A stretch of 64,000 nt of DNA from Acidimicrobiaceae bacterium (GTDB lineage Bacteria > Actinomycetota > Acidimicrobiia > Acidimicrobiales > Aldehydirespiratoraceae). Below are positions 26,623-35,477 of this stretch, in pieces. A program made the translations under genes and the position numbers. The stretch is taken from positions 48,897 through 112,896 of the forward strand of contig JAPPMP010000015.1 in assembly GCA_028819005.1 (NCBI GenBank), read 5' to 3'. The first letter of the stretch is position 1, and each line of letters starts with the position of its first letter. Below the pieces are notes generated by a model. The model did not search any database and was not told where the DNA came from. It saw only the letters and a program-made list of their open reading frames with translations.

Positions 26623-28326
26623 ATGTTGGGGAACGCACGCAAATTGACCCGTTGGACTGTGATCCTGCTGGCGCTGGTGATGCTGGCGGCCGCATGCGGC
26701 GATGACGACCAGGACGACCAGGGCGACCAGGACGACCAACCGGTCACAGAAACGACCGACGAGACTGGGACTGCCGCCACCGCCGCACCGGAGACGAGCG
26801 ACGACCCCACATCGGTGGTGATCGGGTTGGAGCAGGAACTCACCAACTTCAACAACCTGACTGCGGGCGACAACCTGTTGGCCGGACGTCAGGTCATCCG
26901 GGCGGTGTGGCCGACCTGTACACGCACTCTCCCCGACTCCACGTTCGAGCCGTACTTCTGTGAGTCGCTGCCGACGGTGGTCAACGAAGACCCCCTGGTT
27001 GTGGAGTACAAGCTTCGCGCGGACGCCAACTGGAGCGACGGTACTCCTGTCAGCTCCGACGACATGGTGTTCTACTTCGAGAACTGCAACGACCCCGAAG
27101 ACGACTGTGCCGCCACCGCGGGATTCGACAGCGCCGAACTCGAGGTAGTAGACGCCAAGACCGTGCGGCTGAGCTGGCCCGAGGGTCAGCCCTTCGTAGA
27201 GTACATCGCGCTTTTCTCCGGTCCGTTCCCACCGGCCCATCTGGGTCTGGACTGGACCGAGGGCTTCCAGGAGGATCCCATGCTGGCGGCCGGTCCCTAC
27301 CAGGTCGACGAATACAATCCCGGCAGCGACCTGACTCTTGTGCCCAACCCGACCTGGTTCGGCGACGGCCCCTATATCGACGAGGTCACGTTCCGATTCA
27401 TCAGCGACGCCGGCAACCTTCCGCTGGCACTTGAGAACGGCGAAGTCGACGTGATCTATCCCCAGCCCCAGGTCGACTTGGTCGAACAGATAGCAGCCCT
27501 CGACGGTGTGGCTTCCACGATCACATTCGGGCCGACTTGGGAACACATCACATTCAACACCGCGACAGTTCCCATCGAGGTCCGGCGCGCCATCGCTCTG
27601 GCATTGGACCGAGAACTGATCGTGACTGCACTCATGCGGCCCTTCTCACAGAGCGCGCAACCGCTCGGGAATCGGGTCTACATGAACGGGCAGGCGCAGT
27701 ATCAAGACAATACACCCGCCGAGTTCCAGGTCCGAGACGTCGACGCCGCGCGCGCCGCGCTCGAGCAGGGCGGTTGGACCCCCGGTGACGACGGGGTCTA
27801 CACCCGCGACGGGCGACGGCTGAGCCTGCGGATCCGCACCACTGGAGGGAACCCCCGTCGGGAACAGTTCCAAGAGCTCGTGCAGAACCAACTGGGCGAA
27901 GCGGGCATTGAGATCACCATCGACAACCTGCCCGGCGGAGAGATTTTCGGCCCGGTGTTCGGATCCGAGAACGACCCGCCAGGACCCCCGGGAGACTTCG
28001 ACCTGGTGATCTTCGCCTGGGTTGGAGGACCTCTGCCGGCAAGTTCGACCCTGCAGGTCTTCGGAACCGGCAGCGACAGCAATCCGGGCGCTTACGTCGA
28101 TGATCAGGCGAACGACCTGTTGATCGAGGCAACGGTCACCCTGGACCTCGACCGGCAAGCCGAACTGCTCAATGAGGCCGATGCGCTGATGTGGCAGTCC
28201 CTGCCGAACGTTCCCGTCTACCAGCTTCCCTTCTTCCTGGCGTGGAACGACTCCCTAACCAACCTCGAGGACAATCCCACCCTCGAGAGTTTCACCTGGA
28301 ACCTGGAGGAGTGGTCCTTCTCCTGA
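26623..28326 (+). CDS. ABC transporter substrate-binding lipoprotein, family 5 (peptide/nickel type)
   Basis: It has the lipobox-like signal MLGNARKLTRWTVILLALVMLAAAC followed by an SBP_bac_5-like body. A GGAG lies 6 nt upstream of the start. Confidence 0.85.
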   Translation: MLGNARKLTRWTVILLALVMLAAACGDDDQDDQGDQDDQPVTETTDETGTAATAAPETSDDPTSVVIGLEQELTNFNNLTAGDNLLAGRQVIRAVWPTCTRTLPDSTFEPYFCESLPTVVNEDPLVVEYKLRADANWSDGTPVSSDDMVFYFENCNDPEDDCAATAGFDSAELEVVDAKTVRLSWPEGQPFVEYIALFSGPFPPAHLGLDWTEGFQEDPMLAAGPYQVDEYNPGSDLTLVPNPTWFGDGPYIDEVTFRFISDAGNLPLALENGEVDVIYPQPQVDLVEQIAALDGVASTITFGPTWEHITFNTATVPIEVRRAIALALDRELIVTALMRPFSQSAQPLGNRVYMNGQAQYQDNTPAEFQVRDVDAARAALEQGGWTPGDDGVYTRDGRRLSLRIRTTGGNPRREQFQELVQNQLGEAGIEITIDNLPGGEIFGPVFGSENDPPGPPGDFDLVIFAWVGGPLPASSTLQVFGTGSDSNPGAYVDDQANDLLIEATVTLDLDRQAELLNEADALMWQSLPNVPVYQLPFFLAWNDSLTNLEDNPTLESFTWNLEEWSFS

Positions 28327-28377
28327 CCGGCGCCACGTACCCACCTCGCGCCGCCGGGGATATAACGTGGTGGCTCG

Positions 28378-29361
28378 GTGCTCGCCTACGCAACTCGCAA
28401 GCTGCTGATTTCCATACCAGTCTTGTTCTTCGCGACTCTGGTTGCCTTCCTACTGGTGGCGACCGTCGACCCCATCGCCGAACAGCGAGTGTTCCTGCTG
28501 TCTCAACCCGGAGGCGCTGAACAGGTCGCCCGTCTCGAAGCCTCGCTCGGTTTGGACAAACCGCTTGTCGAGCGTTACGGAACCTGGCTGGGCGACCTTG
28601 CACGAGGCGACATGGGTTCATCGACCGAGAACGGGCGCGCGGTCACAACACTGCTGGGCGAGGCAATACCGGTGACCCTGCGGCTGGTGGTTGCCGCAAC
28701 GGTGATCTCGGTGGTGTTCGGGGTGGCAGTCGGAGTGGTCAGCGCGGTTCGCAAATACAGCGTGTTCGACAACGTGTCGACCTTCTTCGCGTTCTTGTTC
28801 TTCGCCATGCCCGTGTTCTGGCTGGGGGCGGTGCTCAAAGACCTCGGCATCCGCTTCAACGACTGGTGGGGGCGTCGAATCTTCTTCACCATCGGCGAGC
28901 AGTCGCCCCGTCTTGACGCTGACTTCTGGGGCACCTGGGCCGACCGGGCCGGGCACATCATCCTGCCTGCTCTAACACTGATTCTGATACAACTTGCGGC
29001 CACCAGCCGCTTTCAGCGATCGGCGATGCTCGACGTGTTGGAAAGCGACTACGTCCGCACTGCGCGCGCCAAGGGCGTGCCTCGGCACCGGGTTGTCACC
29101 CGCCATGCGCTGCGCAACGCGCTCCTGCCAGTGGTCAGCTACACGGGCCTCACCTTCGGCACGCTGATCGGCGGGACCGTGGTGACCGAAGTGGTCTTCA
29201 ATTGGCAGGGTATGGGCCGACTGTTCTTGGACTCGCTGCTTGATGGAGACGTGGCTGTATCCCAGGGTTGGCTGCTGGCGGTGGGGGTTTCGGTGATCGC
29301 GGTGAACTTGCTGACCGATCTGGTTTATGGACTGTTGGATCCGAGGGTTCGTCATGGATGA
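28378..29361 (+). CDS. ABC transporter permease (DppB/OppB-like)
   Basis: The N-terminus LAYATRKLLISIPVLFF and the EAA-loop region DYVRTARAKGV are present. Confidence 0.9.
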   Translation: MLAYATRKLLISIPVLFFATLVAFLLVATVDPIAEQRVFLLSQPGGAEQVARLEASLGLDKPLVERYGTWLGDLARGDMGSSTENGRAVTTLLGEAIPVTLRLVVAATVISVVFGVAVGVVSAVRKYSVFDNVSTFFAFLFFAMPVFWLGAVLKDLGIRFNDWWGRRIFFTIGEQSPRLDADFWGTWADRAGHIILPALTLILIQLAATSRFQRSAMLDVLESDYVRTARAKGVPRHRVVTRHALRNALLPVVSYTGLTFGTLIGGTVVTEVVFNWQGMGRLFLDSLLDGDVAVSQGWLLAVGVSVIAVNLLTDLVYGLLDPRVRHG

Positions 29362-30253
29362 CCCGAACAACGGCGTGCTCGCCGTCGATGTGGTCGCCCG
29401 GTCGCAGTGGCGCACCGTCGCCGGCCGCTTCTTCTCGCACCGCTTCGCGGTGGCCGCGCTGTTGGCGGCCCTGGCCGGCTACGCCTTCACCTTCTTGGCC
29501 GAGCCCTTGACGGGCTGGAACTACAAGGAGCTGTCCAGCGACCTCTCGCAGGGCCCCTCGTCGAGACACTGGTTCGGCACCGACACGATCGGCCACGACA
29601 TGTTCGCCCAATCCATGCGGGGATTGCAGGTTTCGATCCACGTCAGCATGGTGGTAGCCACCATAGCCACCGTGCTGGGAACCGTGTTGGGCGCGGTGCA
29701 GGGATGGTTTCGGGGCAGGGTCGACGCCGGGGTGGGCCTGCTGGTCGACTTCCTGCTCATACTGCCCCTGCTGCCGGTGCTGATGGTTTTGGCCACTCGG
29801 ACTCGGGCGATCGGTGGAAGCTCGCTCATGTTCGTAGCAGTTGTCATCGGGCTGTTTCTGTGGGCGCCTTTGGCTCGGGTGGTGCGCGGTGAGGTGTTCT
29901 CAATTCGCGAGAAGGAGTTCATCGAAGCTGCTGCCGCTCTCGGCGCCTCCAACACCAGGATCATCTTCAGACATCTGATCCCCAACGTGATGAGTTCGGT
30001 GATCGTCTATGCCACGCTGACGGTGGCCACAGCAATCCTTGTTGAGACGGCTCTGGCTTTCCTGGGATTCGGGATCCAACCTCCCGAGGTCTCGTTGGGT
30101 GCGTTGGTGGACGAGGGCCGCGACGCGGCCCGCACACGCTGGTGGCTGTTCTATCTTCCCGGGGCTGTGCTCATTTCGCTGGTTCTCTGCGTGAACTTCG
30201 TGGGTGATGGCCTGCGTGACGCCTTCGATCCCCGTCAGAGGCGTCGTCGATGA
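29354..30253 (+). CDS. ABC transporter permease (DppC/OppC-like)
   Basis: The BPD_transp_1 body includes FIEAAAALGASNTRIIFRHLIPN. The start at 29354 overlaps the upstream stop. Confidence 0.85.
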   Translation: MDDPNNGVLAVDVVARSQWRTVAGRFFSHRFAVAALLAALAGYAFTFLAEPLTGWNYKELSSDLSQGPSSRHWFGTDTIGHDMFAQSMRGLQVSIHVSMVVATIATVLGTVLGAVQGWFRGRVDAGVGLLVDFLLILPLLPVLMVLATRTRAIGGSSLMFVAVVIGLFLWAPLARVVRGEVFSIREKEFIEAAAALGASNTRIIFRHLIPNVMSSVIVYATLTVATAILVETALAFLGFGIQPPEVSLGALVDEGRDAARTRWWLFYLPGAVLISLVLCVNFVGDGLRDAFDPRQRRRR

Positions 30254-31320
30254 GCACCGGAGGGGCAGTGCCCAGCGACCCGGCGACCGGCAGTGCGACC
30301 TGGCAACCGGACTCGACCGCGATCTTGTCGGTGCGCGACCTGAAGGTGGACTTCGTGACCGACGACGGTGTGGTGCAGGCAGTCCGGGGAGTTAGCTGGG
30401 ACGTGTACGAGGGCGAGGTGCTGGCGATCGCCGGCGAGTCGGGCTCCGGAAAGTCGGTGAGCGTGCTCGCGGCTATGGGTCTGCTGCCTCCCGACGCGAG
30501 AGTCAGCGGGTCGATCTCCCACCGAGGCCGGGAACTGCTGGGCATGCCCGAGAAACAGCTCGAGCGCCTTCGGGGTTCAGCGATGTCGATGGTCTTCCAA
30601 GACCCGATGACGTCACTCAACCCGGTCATGTCGGTCGGCGACCAGATTGCTGAGGGTGCCAGGGTCCACCGGAAACTGAGACGCAAACCGGCCAGGGAGC
30701 GCGCGGTGGAGTTGTTGGATCTCGTCGGCATCGCGGACGCGGCTCGCCGAGTAGACGCATACCCCCATGAATTCTCCGGCGGTATGCGTCAGCGGGCCAT
30801 GATCGCTATGGCAATCGCCAACGACCCCGACGTGCTGATCGCCGATGAGCCCACCACGGCCCTGGATGTGACCATTCAAGCTCAGATACTCGACGTTTTA
30901 GAGCGCGCCCGCCAGGCTGTCGACTCAGCTCTGATCCTGATAACCCACGATCTGGGCGTCGTGGCCCGCACGGCCCACCGCTTGTTTGTGATGTACGCGG
31001 GGCGCACCGCCGAAACGGGGATGGTCGACGATGTGTTCGAGCATCCCGCGCACCCCTACACCGCCGGCCTGTTGGCCGCGATCCCCCGTCTCGACACCCC
31101 GCGCGGCCGTCGCCTGATCCCCATCGAAGGTTCTCCCCCTTCAATGCTGTCTCCACCGCCCGGTTGCGCCTTCCAACCCCGCTGCGGACGGGCAAGCGAT
31201 CTCTGCCCCAAAAACCCCCCACCCCCGCTCATGCTCGTTTCTGTCCCATCCCACTACTCCGCCTGCCACCACCCCTTAACCCCCTTGCAAACCCCAATAG
31301 CAGAAGACTCCGATGTCTAG
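30250..31320 (+). CDS. ABC transporter ATP-binding protein (DppD/OppD-like)
   Basis: It has Walker A GESGSGKS, the signature FSGGMRQR, Walker [12 protein letters not shown] and an oligopeptide C-terminal domain. An ATGA overlap links it to the upstream permease. Confidence 0.9.
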   Translation: MSTGGAVPSDPATGSATWQPDSTAILSVRDLKVDFVTDDGVVQAVRGVSWDVYEGEVLAIAGESGSGKSVSVLAAMGLLPPDARVSGSISHRGRELLGMPEKQLERLRGSAMSMVFQDPMTSLNPVMSVGDQIAEGARVHRKLRRKPARERAVELLDLVGIADAARRVDAYPHEFSGGMRQRAMIAMAIANDPDVLIADEPTTALDVTIQAQILDVLERARQAVDSALILITHDLGVVARTAHRLFVMYAGRTAETGMVDDVFEHPAHPYTAGLLAAIPRLDTPRGRRLIPIEGSPPSMLSPPPGCAFQPRCGRASDLCPKNPPPPLMLVSVPSHYSACHHPLTPLQTPIAEDSDV

Positions 31321-31486
31321 CACGAGGCGAGGTGGTGGGTGGCGCCGCCGGTGGGCGCCCGCAACTCCCCGCGGGCGCACCAGCCCCTTGCAAAACCCCA
31401 CGGAGGAAGGCTCCGATGTCTAGCACGAGGCGAGGTGGTGGGTGGCGCCGCCTGTGGGCGCCCGCACGCCCGCAACGAGCGCCAGC
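31281..31486. repeat. 103-bp tandem duplication (2 copies) spanning the stop/start junction of the two ATPase genes
   Basis: Copy 1 is 31281-31383 and copy 2 is 31384-31486. The identical cores are CTCCGATGTCTAGCACGAGGCGAGGTGGTGGGTGGCGCCGCC and GTGGGCGCCCGCA. Both copies carry the GATGTCTAG stop/start overlap. Confidence 0.9.
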
Positions 31487-32534
31487 GAGTGAGGACGTTC
31501 GGACTCCGGCGGTGACAGGACCCGCCGCCGAGCCGGACAGACAACCGCCGGACGAACCCCTCCTACAAGTCACCGACCTCACCAAAGACTTCCCCGTCAC
31601 ATCCCGTTCCCCTCTACGCCGTCCCTCCGGCATCGTCCAAGCTGTGAGCGGTGTCTCATTCCACATCAATCAGGGCGAAACCCTCGGCTTGGTCGGTGAA
31701 TCGGGTTCCGGCAAATCCACTGTCGCCCGCTGCGTCCTGCGGCTCATCGAACCTACATCCGGCTCGGTGAACTTCGCCGGCGCCGAACTCACCGAACTGA
31801 ACCGCAAGCAGATGCGCCGCCAGCGCCGCTTCATGCAGATCGTTTTCCAGGATCCGATGGCGTCGCTTGATCCGCGTATGACTGTCGCATCAATAATCGC
31901 CGAACCGCTCCAGATCCACCGTCTTGTCGACAATGCCCAGGATCAGGTGGCCGAACTGCTGGAGTTGGTCGGCTTGCATCCCCAGCACGGCAACCGCTAT
32001 CCCCACGAGTTCTCTGGCGGGCAGCGCCAACGCATCGGGATTGCCAGAGCCCTCGCCCTGAAACCGGAACTGTTGATTCTCGATGAACCCGTGTCCGCGC
32101 TTGACGTCAGCATCCAGGCAGGGATCTTGAACCTGCTGGAAGATCTCCAGGACCGGCTCGGATTGGCCTATCTGTTCGTGGCTCACGACCTGTCGGTGGT
32201 GCGCCACATCTCCGACCGCGTGGCGGTGATGTATCTGGGCAGGATTGCCGAGACTGGAACGGGCCGGCAGGTCTACGAAGAGCCCGCTCATCCCTACACG
32301 CAAGCGCTGCTTTCTGCTGTGCCGATCCCGGATCCCAAACGGGAGCGGCAACGACATCGGATTCTGTTGCATGGCGATATCGGCAACGCTGCCGATCCCC
32401 CGTCGGGCTGCCGGTTCCGCACGCGCTGCTGGAAAGCCGAAGCCGTCTGTGCACAGCAGCAGCCCCCGCTGGTCGATCCCGGAATCGGTCATCCCGTGGC
32501 CTGCCACTTCCCCGAGACGGCACGCGCCAAGTAG
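31416..32534 (+). CDS. ABC transporter ATP-binding protein (DppF/OppF-like) with Arg/Pro-rich N-terminal extension
   Basis: It has Walker [10 protein letters not shown], the signature FSGGQRQR and Walker [12 protein letters not shown]. The start is the ATG in repeat copy 2 (31416), because the copy-1 ATG 31313 opens a frame that stops at 31423. Confidence 0.85.
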   Translation: MSSTRRGGGWRRLWAPARPQRAPASEDVRTPAVTGPAAEPDRQPPDEPLLQVTDLTKDFPVTSRSPLRRPSGIVQAVSGVSFHINQGETLGLVGESGSGKSTVARCVLRLIEPTSGSVNFAGAELTELNRKQMRRQRRFMQIVFQDPMASLDPRMTVASIIAEPLQIHRLVDNAQDQVAELLELVGLHPQHGNRYPHEFSGGQRQRIGIARALALKPELLILDEPVSALDVSIQAGILNLLEDLQDRLGLAYLFVAHDLSVVRHISDRVAVMYLGRIAETGTGRQVYEEPAHPYTQALLSAVPIPDPKRERQRHRILLHGDIGNAADPPSGCRFRTRCWKAEAVCAQQQPPLVDPGIGHPVACHFPETARAK

Positions 32535-32581
32535 CCAACAGCAGGCCCAACCGCCTTGTCTTTGTTACTAGGTCACACCGG

Positions 32582-32655
32582 TGGGCGATGGGGGACTTGA
32601 ACCCTCGACCTCTGCCGTGTGAAGGCAGCGCTCTAGCCGTCTGAGCTAATCGCCC
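32582..32655 (-). tRNA. tRNA-Val (anticodon CAC)
   Basis: The reverse complement GGGCGATTAGCTCAGACGGCTAGAGCGCTGCCTTCACACGGCAGAGGTCGAGGGTTCAAGTCCCCCATCGCCCA folds by eye into a cloverleaf. The anticodon loop is TTCACAC. One A-C mismatch occurs in the T stem. Confidence 0.85.
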
Positions 32656-32722
32656 GGCACGACGACGATACAGGGACGAGACTCTACTGCGATCAGGTCT
32701 CGCGTACAGGATTTTTAATGAG

Positions 32723-32751
32723 TTGACATGAATTTGAATGTCAGATAGTTT
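32723..32751 (+). promoter_or_regulatory. candidate promoter TTGACA - 17 nt - TAGTTT with embedded TGACAT/ATGTCA inverted repeat
   Basis: It lies in the AT-rich gap between tRNA-Val and the heptad-repeat gene. The hexamers were read directly from the sequence. Confidence 0.3.
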
Positions 32752-32822
32752 CAATATATCAGCTTTGCTGCCGAGCGTTAACGGCCGCCTCCCCGTTCAA
32801 CGCAGACGCAACGAGGCCCCTT

Positions 32823-33461
32823 TTGACTCAACCCGCCCGTCTCCCGGACCCCAGGTACCCGTCCCCCATGGACTCACCAGACCCCGAACCCCGTCACCCA
32901 GACGAACCCTCGCCCCAAGCAGCATCGACCGAGACTGTTGAGGTTGGCCAGGATCCGTTAACCGACGACGGTGCCGCTGCTGACCCCCGGGGGCTGCATC
33001 CACCTCTCGCCTCCGTGACGACTACGGGCATCAGACGATCACTCTCGGATAACGCCTTGCCCGCTTTCCTCGGCACCATTGTCGCGGCGTTGTTACTGTT
33101 CGCGCTCACCAGCACCAACGACCGGATCTCTCGCCTTGAAGACAGGGTCGACGCCGGCTTCGAGGCCATCGACGCCAGGTTCGAAGCCCAAAACGCCAAA
33201 TTCGAGGCCGAGTTCGACGCCATCTACGCCAAATTCGACGCCATCGATGCCAAATTCGACGCTATCGACGCCAAATTCGACGCCATCGACGACAAATTCG
33301 ACGCCATCGACACCAAGATCGACGAGATCGACACCAAGATCGACGCCATAGACTTGAAGTTGACCGCTATCATCGCTGCGCTCAACGCGACCGCCGAGGT
33401 AGACGCCGCTCTTGACGTCCGACTCCTGAGCGAGTCGCCCATCGCAGAACCCGCGAGTTGA
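32823..33461 (+). CDS. membrane-anchored heptad-repeat (coiled-coil) protein, unknown function
   Basis: It has a Pro-rich N-terminus, one TM segment (LPAFLGTIVAALLLFALT), then about 9 near-identical heptads. The start is uncertain between TTG 32823 and ATG 32868. Confidence 0.55.
   Translation: MTQPARLPDPRYPSPMDSPDPEPRHPDEPSPQAASTETVEVGQDPLTDDGAAADPRGLHPPLASVTTTGIRRSLSDNALPAFLGTIVAALLLFALTSTNDRISRLEDRVDAGFEAIDARFEAQNAKFEAEFDAIYAKFDAIDAKFDAIDAKFDAIDDKFDAIDTKIDEIDTKIDAIDLKLTAIIAALNATAEVDAALDVRLLSESPIAEPAS
33157..33357 (+). repeat. 21-bp coding tandem repeat (about 9.5 units)
   Basis: The units TTCGACGCCATCGACGCCAAA and variants encode FEAIDAR / FDAIDAK / FDAIDDK / IDEIDTK heptads. Confidence 0.9.
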
Positions 33462-33469
33462 CAGCGCGA

Positions 33470-34876
33470 TCAGGCGATATCGGGGGCGATCGGATCGAGG
33501 CCGAGCAGATCCTCGATCCAGGCCGTGACTTCGAGCACCCGCCCGTCGTCGTTCTGGTGGCCGACGATCTGCAGACCGACCGGCATGCCGTCGGAGGTAT
33601 AGCCGGCATTCGTGGTGCCTGCGGGGCGGCGGGTGACGTTCAACGGATACGTGTTGCCGATCCACATGTCGGTCTCTTCTCCGTTGATCATCCCGGGCCC
33701 CTCACAAACGGGTGTCTGGCCGACGACAGTCGGGCTGAGCAGCGCGTCGAATCCGGACATCGCCTCGGCCAGTCGGATCGACGCGGCCTGCGCCTGCTTG
33801 CGGGCTTCCTCTATCGTGTCCGGAGTCAAACGCTCGTCCGCTCCTACGAGGATGTTACGAAGCCCCGGGGTGATCTCGTCCCATGCAGGGGTGCCGAAGA
33901 GCTCCCGATAGGTCGGGACCATGCCACCGTAGAAGAGCAACACGAACGAGCCGATTATCTCCGGCACGATCGGCTCAATGTCGACAACCTCCACACCGGC
34001 CTGCTTCATCTGCTCGACCGCGCCCAGGCAACCAGCGAGGATCTCGTCGTCGACCGGGCTTGCTTCAATGTTCGGACACCACAGTACGCGCGCCGGAGCA
34101 GGCGGATCGTCGAGTCGCGGGCGCAGCGGCGCGATCGGGTCGAGGGAGCGCAGATCTCCCGGTGACGGGCCGCTGACCACGTCGAGCGCAAGGGCGACGT
34201 CGCGGATGCGCCGCGCCATCGGGCCCACCGTCGACAGGTCGCTTGCTCCCATCGGCGCCGGACCGCTCGGTACTCGACCCTGCGTGGGCTTGTGCCCGGA
34301 CAGGCCGGTGAGCGAAGACGGAATGCGGATCGATCCTCCCCCATCGGAGCCGGTCCCCAACGGGATCATCCCCGCGCTGATCGCGGCTGAGGTGCCTCCG
34401 GAGGATCCGCCGGGCGAACGGTTCGTGCCCCACGGACTCACGGTCGCTCCGAACACCGAATTGAATGTGTCGCCCGTCCAGCCGGCCTCTGGGGTGTTGG
34501 TCTTGCCGATGATCACGCAGCCCGCGGCACGCATCCTGGCCACCTCGGTCGAGTCATGCTCGGCCGGCGCCGCATCGGCGAGATGCCTGGCTCCGCGGGT
34601 TGTTCGGAAACCTGCTGCATCGGCGAGGTCTTTCACTCCGATCGGTACTCCGGCCAGGGGGCCGACCTCGGCTCCGGCGTCCAATGCACGGTCTATGTCG
34701 GCAGCCTGGTTTCGTGCTGCATCGGCGTCGACTGCGACAAAGGCGTTGAGCACCGGGTTGAGGAACTCGATTCGGGTGAGCGCGGCATCGGTGACTTCCG
34801 TGGCAGTCAACTCCCGAGCTTTGATGCGGTGCACCAATTCCTCAATTGTGATTGATCGAAAATCTGGGACGGTCAT
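33470..34876 (-). CDS. amidase (amidase-signature family, GatA-like)
   Basis: It has the AS signature GGSSGGTSAAISAGMIPLGTGSDGGGSIRIPS. Confidence 0.9.
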   Translation of the reverse strand: MTVPDFRSITIEELVHRIKARELTATEVTDAALTRIEFLNPVLNAFVAVDADAARNQAADIDRALDAGAEVGPLAGVPIGVKDLADAAGFRTTRGARHLADAAPAEHDSTEVARMRAAGCVIIGKTNTPEAGWTGDTFNSVFGATVSPWGTNRSPGGSSGGTSAAISAGMIPLGTGSDGGGSIRIPSSLTGLSGHKPTQGRVPSGPAPMGASDLSTVGPMARRIRDVALALDVVSGPSPGDLRSLDPIAPLRPRLDDPPAPARVLWCPNIEASPVDDEILAGCLGAVEQMKQAGVEVVDIEPIVPEIIGSFVLLFYGGMVPTYRELFGTPAWDEITPGLRNILVGADERLTPDTIEEARKQAQAASIRLAEAMSGFDALLSPTVVGQTPVCEGPGMINGEETDMWIGNTYPLNVTRRPAGTTNAGYTSDGMPVGLQIVGHQNDDGRVLEVTAWIEDLLGLDPIAPDIA

Positions 34877-35024
34877 GGCGCCTCGCGGTCATCTCTCGGG
34901 TGGTTGCAGACAAACCAAGACGATATCTCCCGCTCATGTTCGCCGCGCTCCGCCTCCCGCTCATGTTCACTTCGCTCACGTGGCCGGGCGGGCCGGGCGG
35001 GCCGCGGGTCGTTAGCCTTCAGAT

Positions 35025-35345
35025 GTGCCGATCGTTGCCTGCCCGCATTGCGAAGAGGAAGAAAACCTCCAAGGCGACAACGTCGACGGCGCCATCACGG
35101 TGACCTGCGGCGAATGCGGCTTGGTCTGGGAACGGGACACGAATCCACGCTGCGACAAGTGCCAGGCGACCGATGTGAGGGCTGCTTGGCAGGCCACGCT
35201 CGACAAGAGCCGGGGCACTCAACTCTCCATCCAGTCGCTCAATATCGTCTGGCTGTGTCCCGAGTGCGATGCTGCGAAACTGCGCCGGTACCTCGACTCG
35301 AACGTGCCGCTGCCGCCCGATGCCCTGCCCGTCGACCCGGGTTGA
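35025..35345 (+). CDS. small four-CxxC zinc-ribbon protein, unknown function
   Basis: The 106-aa product carries CPHC, CGEC, CDKC and CPEC pairs. It has a GTG start and a weak RBS, so coding status is uncertain. Confidence 0.4.
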   Translation: MPIVACPHCEEEENLQGDNVDGAITVTCGECGLVWERDTNPRCDKCQATDVRAAWQATLDKSRGTQLSIQSLNIVWLCPECDAAKLRRYLDSNVPLPPDALPVDPG

Positions 35346-35377
35346 AGGTCACGAGGAGCCGCAGCGCTATTGCGTAG

Positions 35378-35477
35378 AACGCCTATGCGTCGGTCGGGGC
35401 CAGGGCTGCGCGCTTTGGCACGGCATGCGACTTCGTCGAAAAACGCCTATGCGTCGGTCGGGGCCAGGGCTGCGCGC
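35378..35477. repeat. exact 36-bp direct repeat (64-bp period) duplicating the 3' end of the TetR gene
   Basis: AACGCCTATGCGTCGGTCGGGGCCAGGGCTGCGCGC occurs at 35378-35413 and 35442-35477. The second copy contains the TetR stop codon (35447-35449) and its last 28 coding nt. Confidence 0.95.

Noticed and set aside
31313-31423. A 36-codon ORF ([36 protein letters not shown]) between the two ABC ATPase genes, considered as an independent gene.
   Set aside because: It is a chimera of the duplicated N-terminus of the downstream gene and the duplicated C-terminus of the upstream gene. It is a by-product of the 103-bp duplication and is reported as part of that finding rather than as a gene.
33093-33665. 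A 190-aa minus-strand ORF antisense to the heptad-repeat gene and overlapping the amidase 3' end.
   Set aside because: It mirrors the 21-bp repeat in the opposite frame (VDGVEFGVD...), has no start context and overlaps the amidase CDS. The + strand reading gives a coherent TM plus coiled-coil protein.
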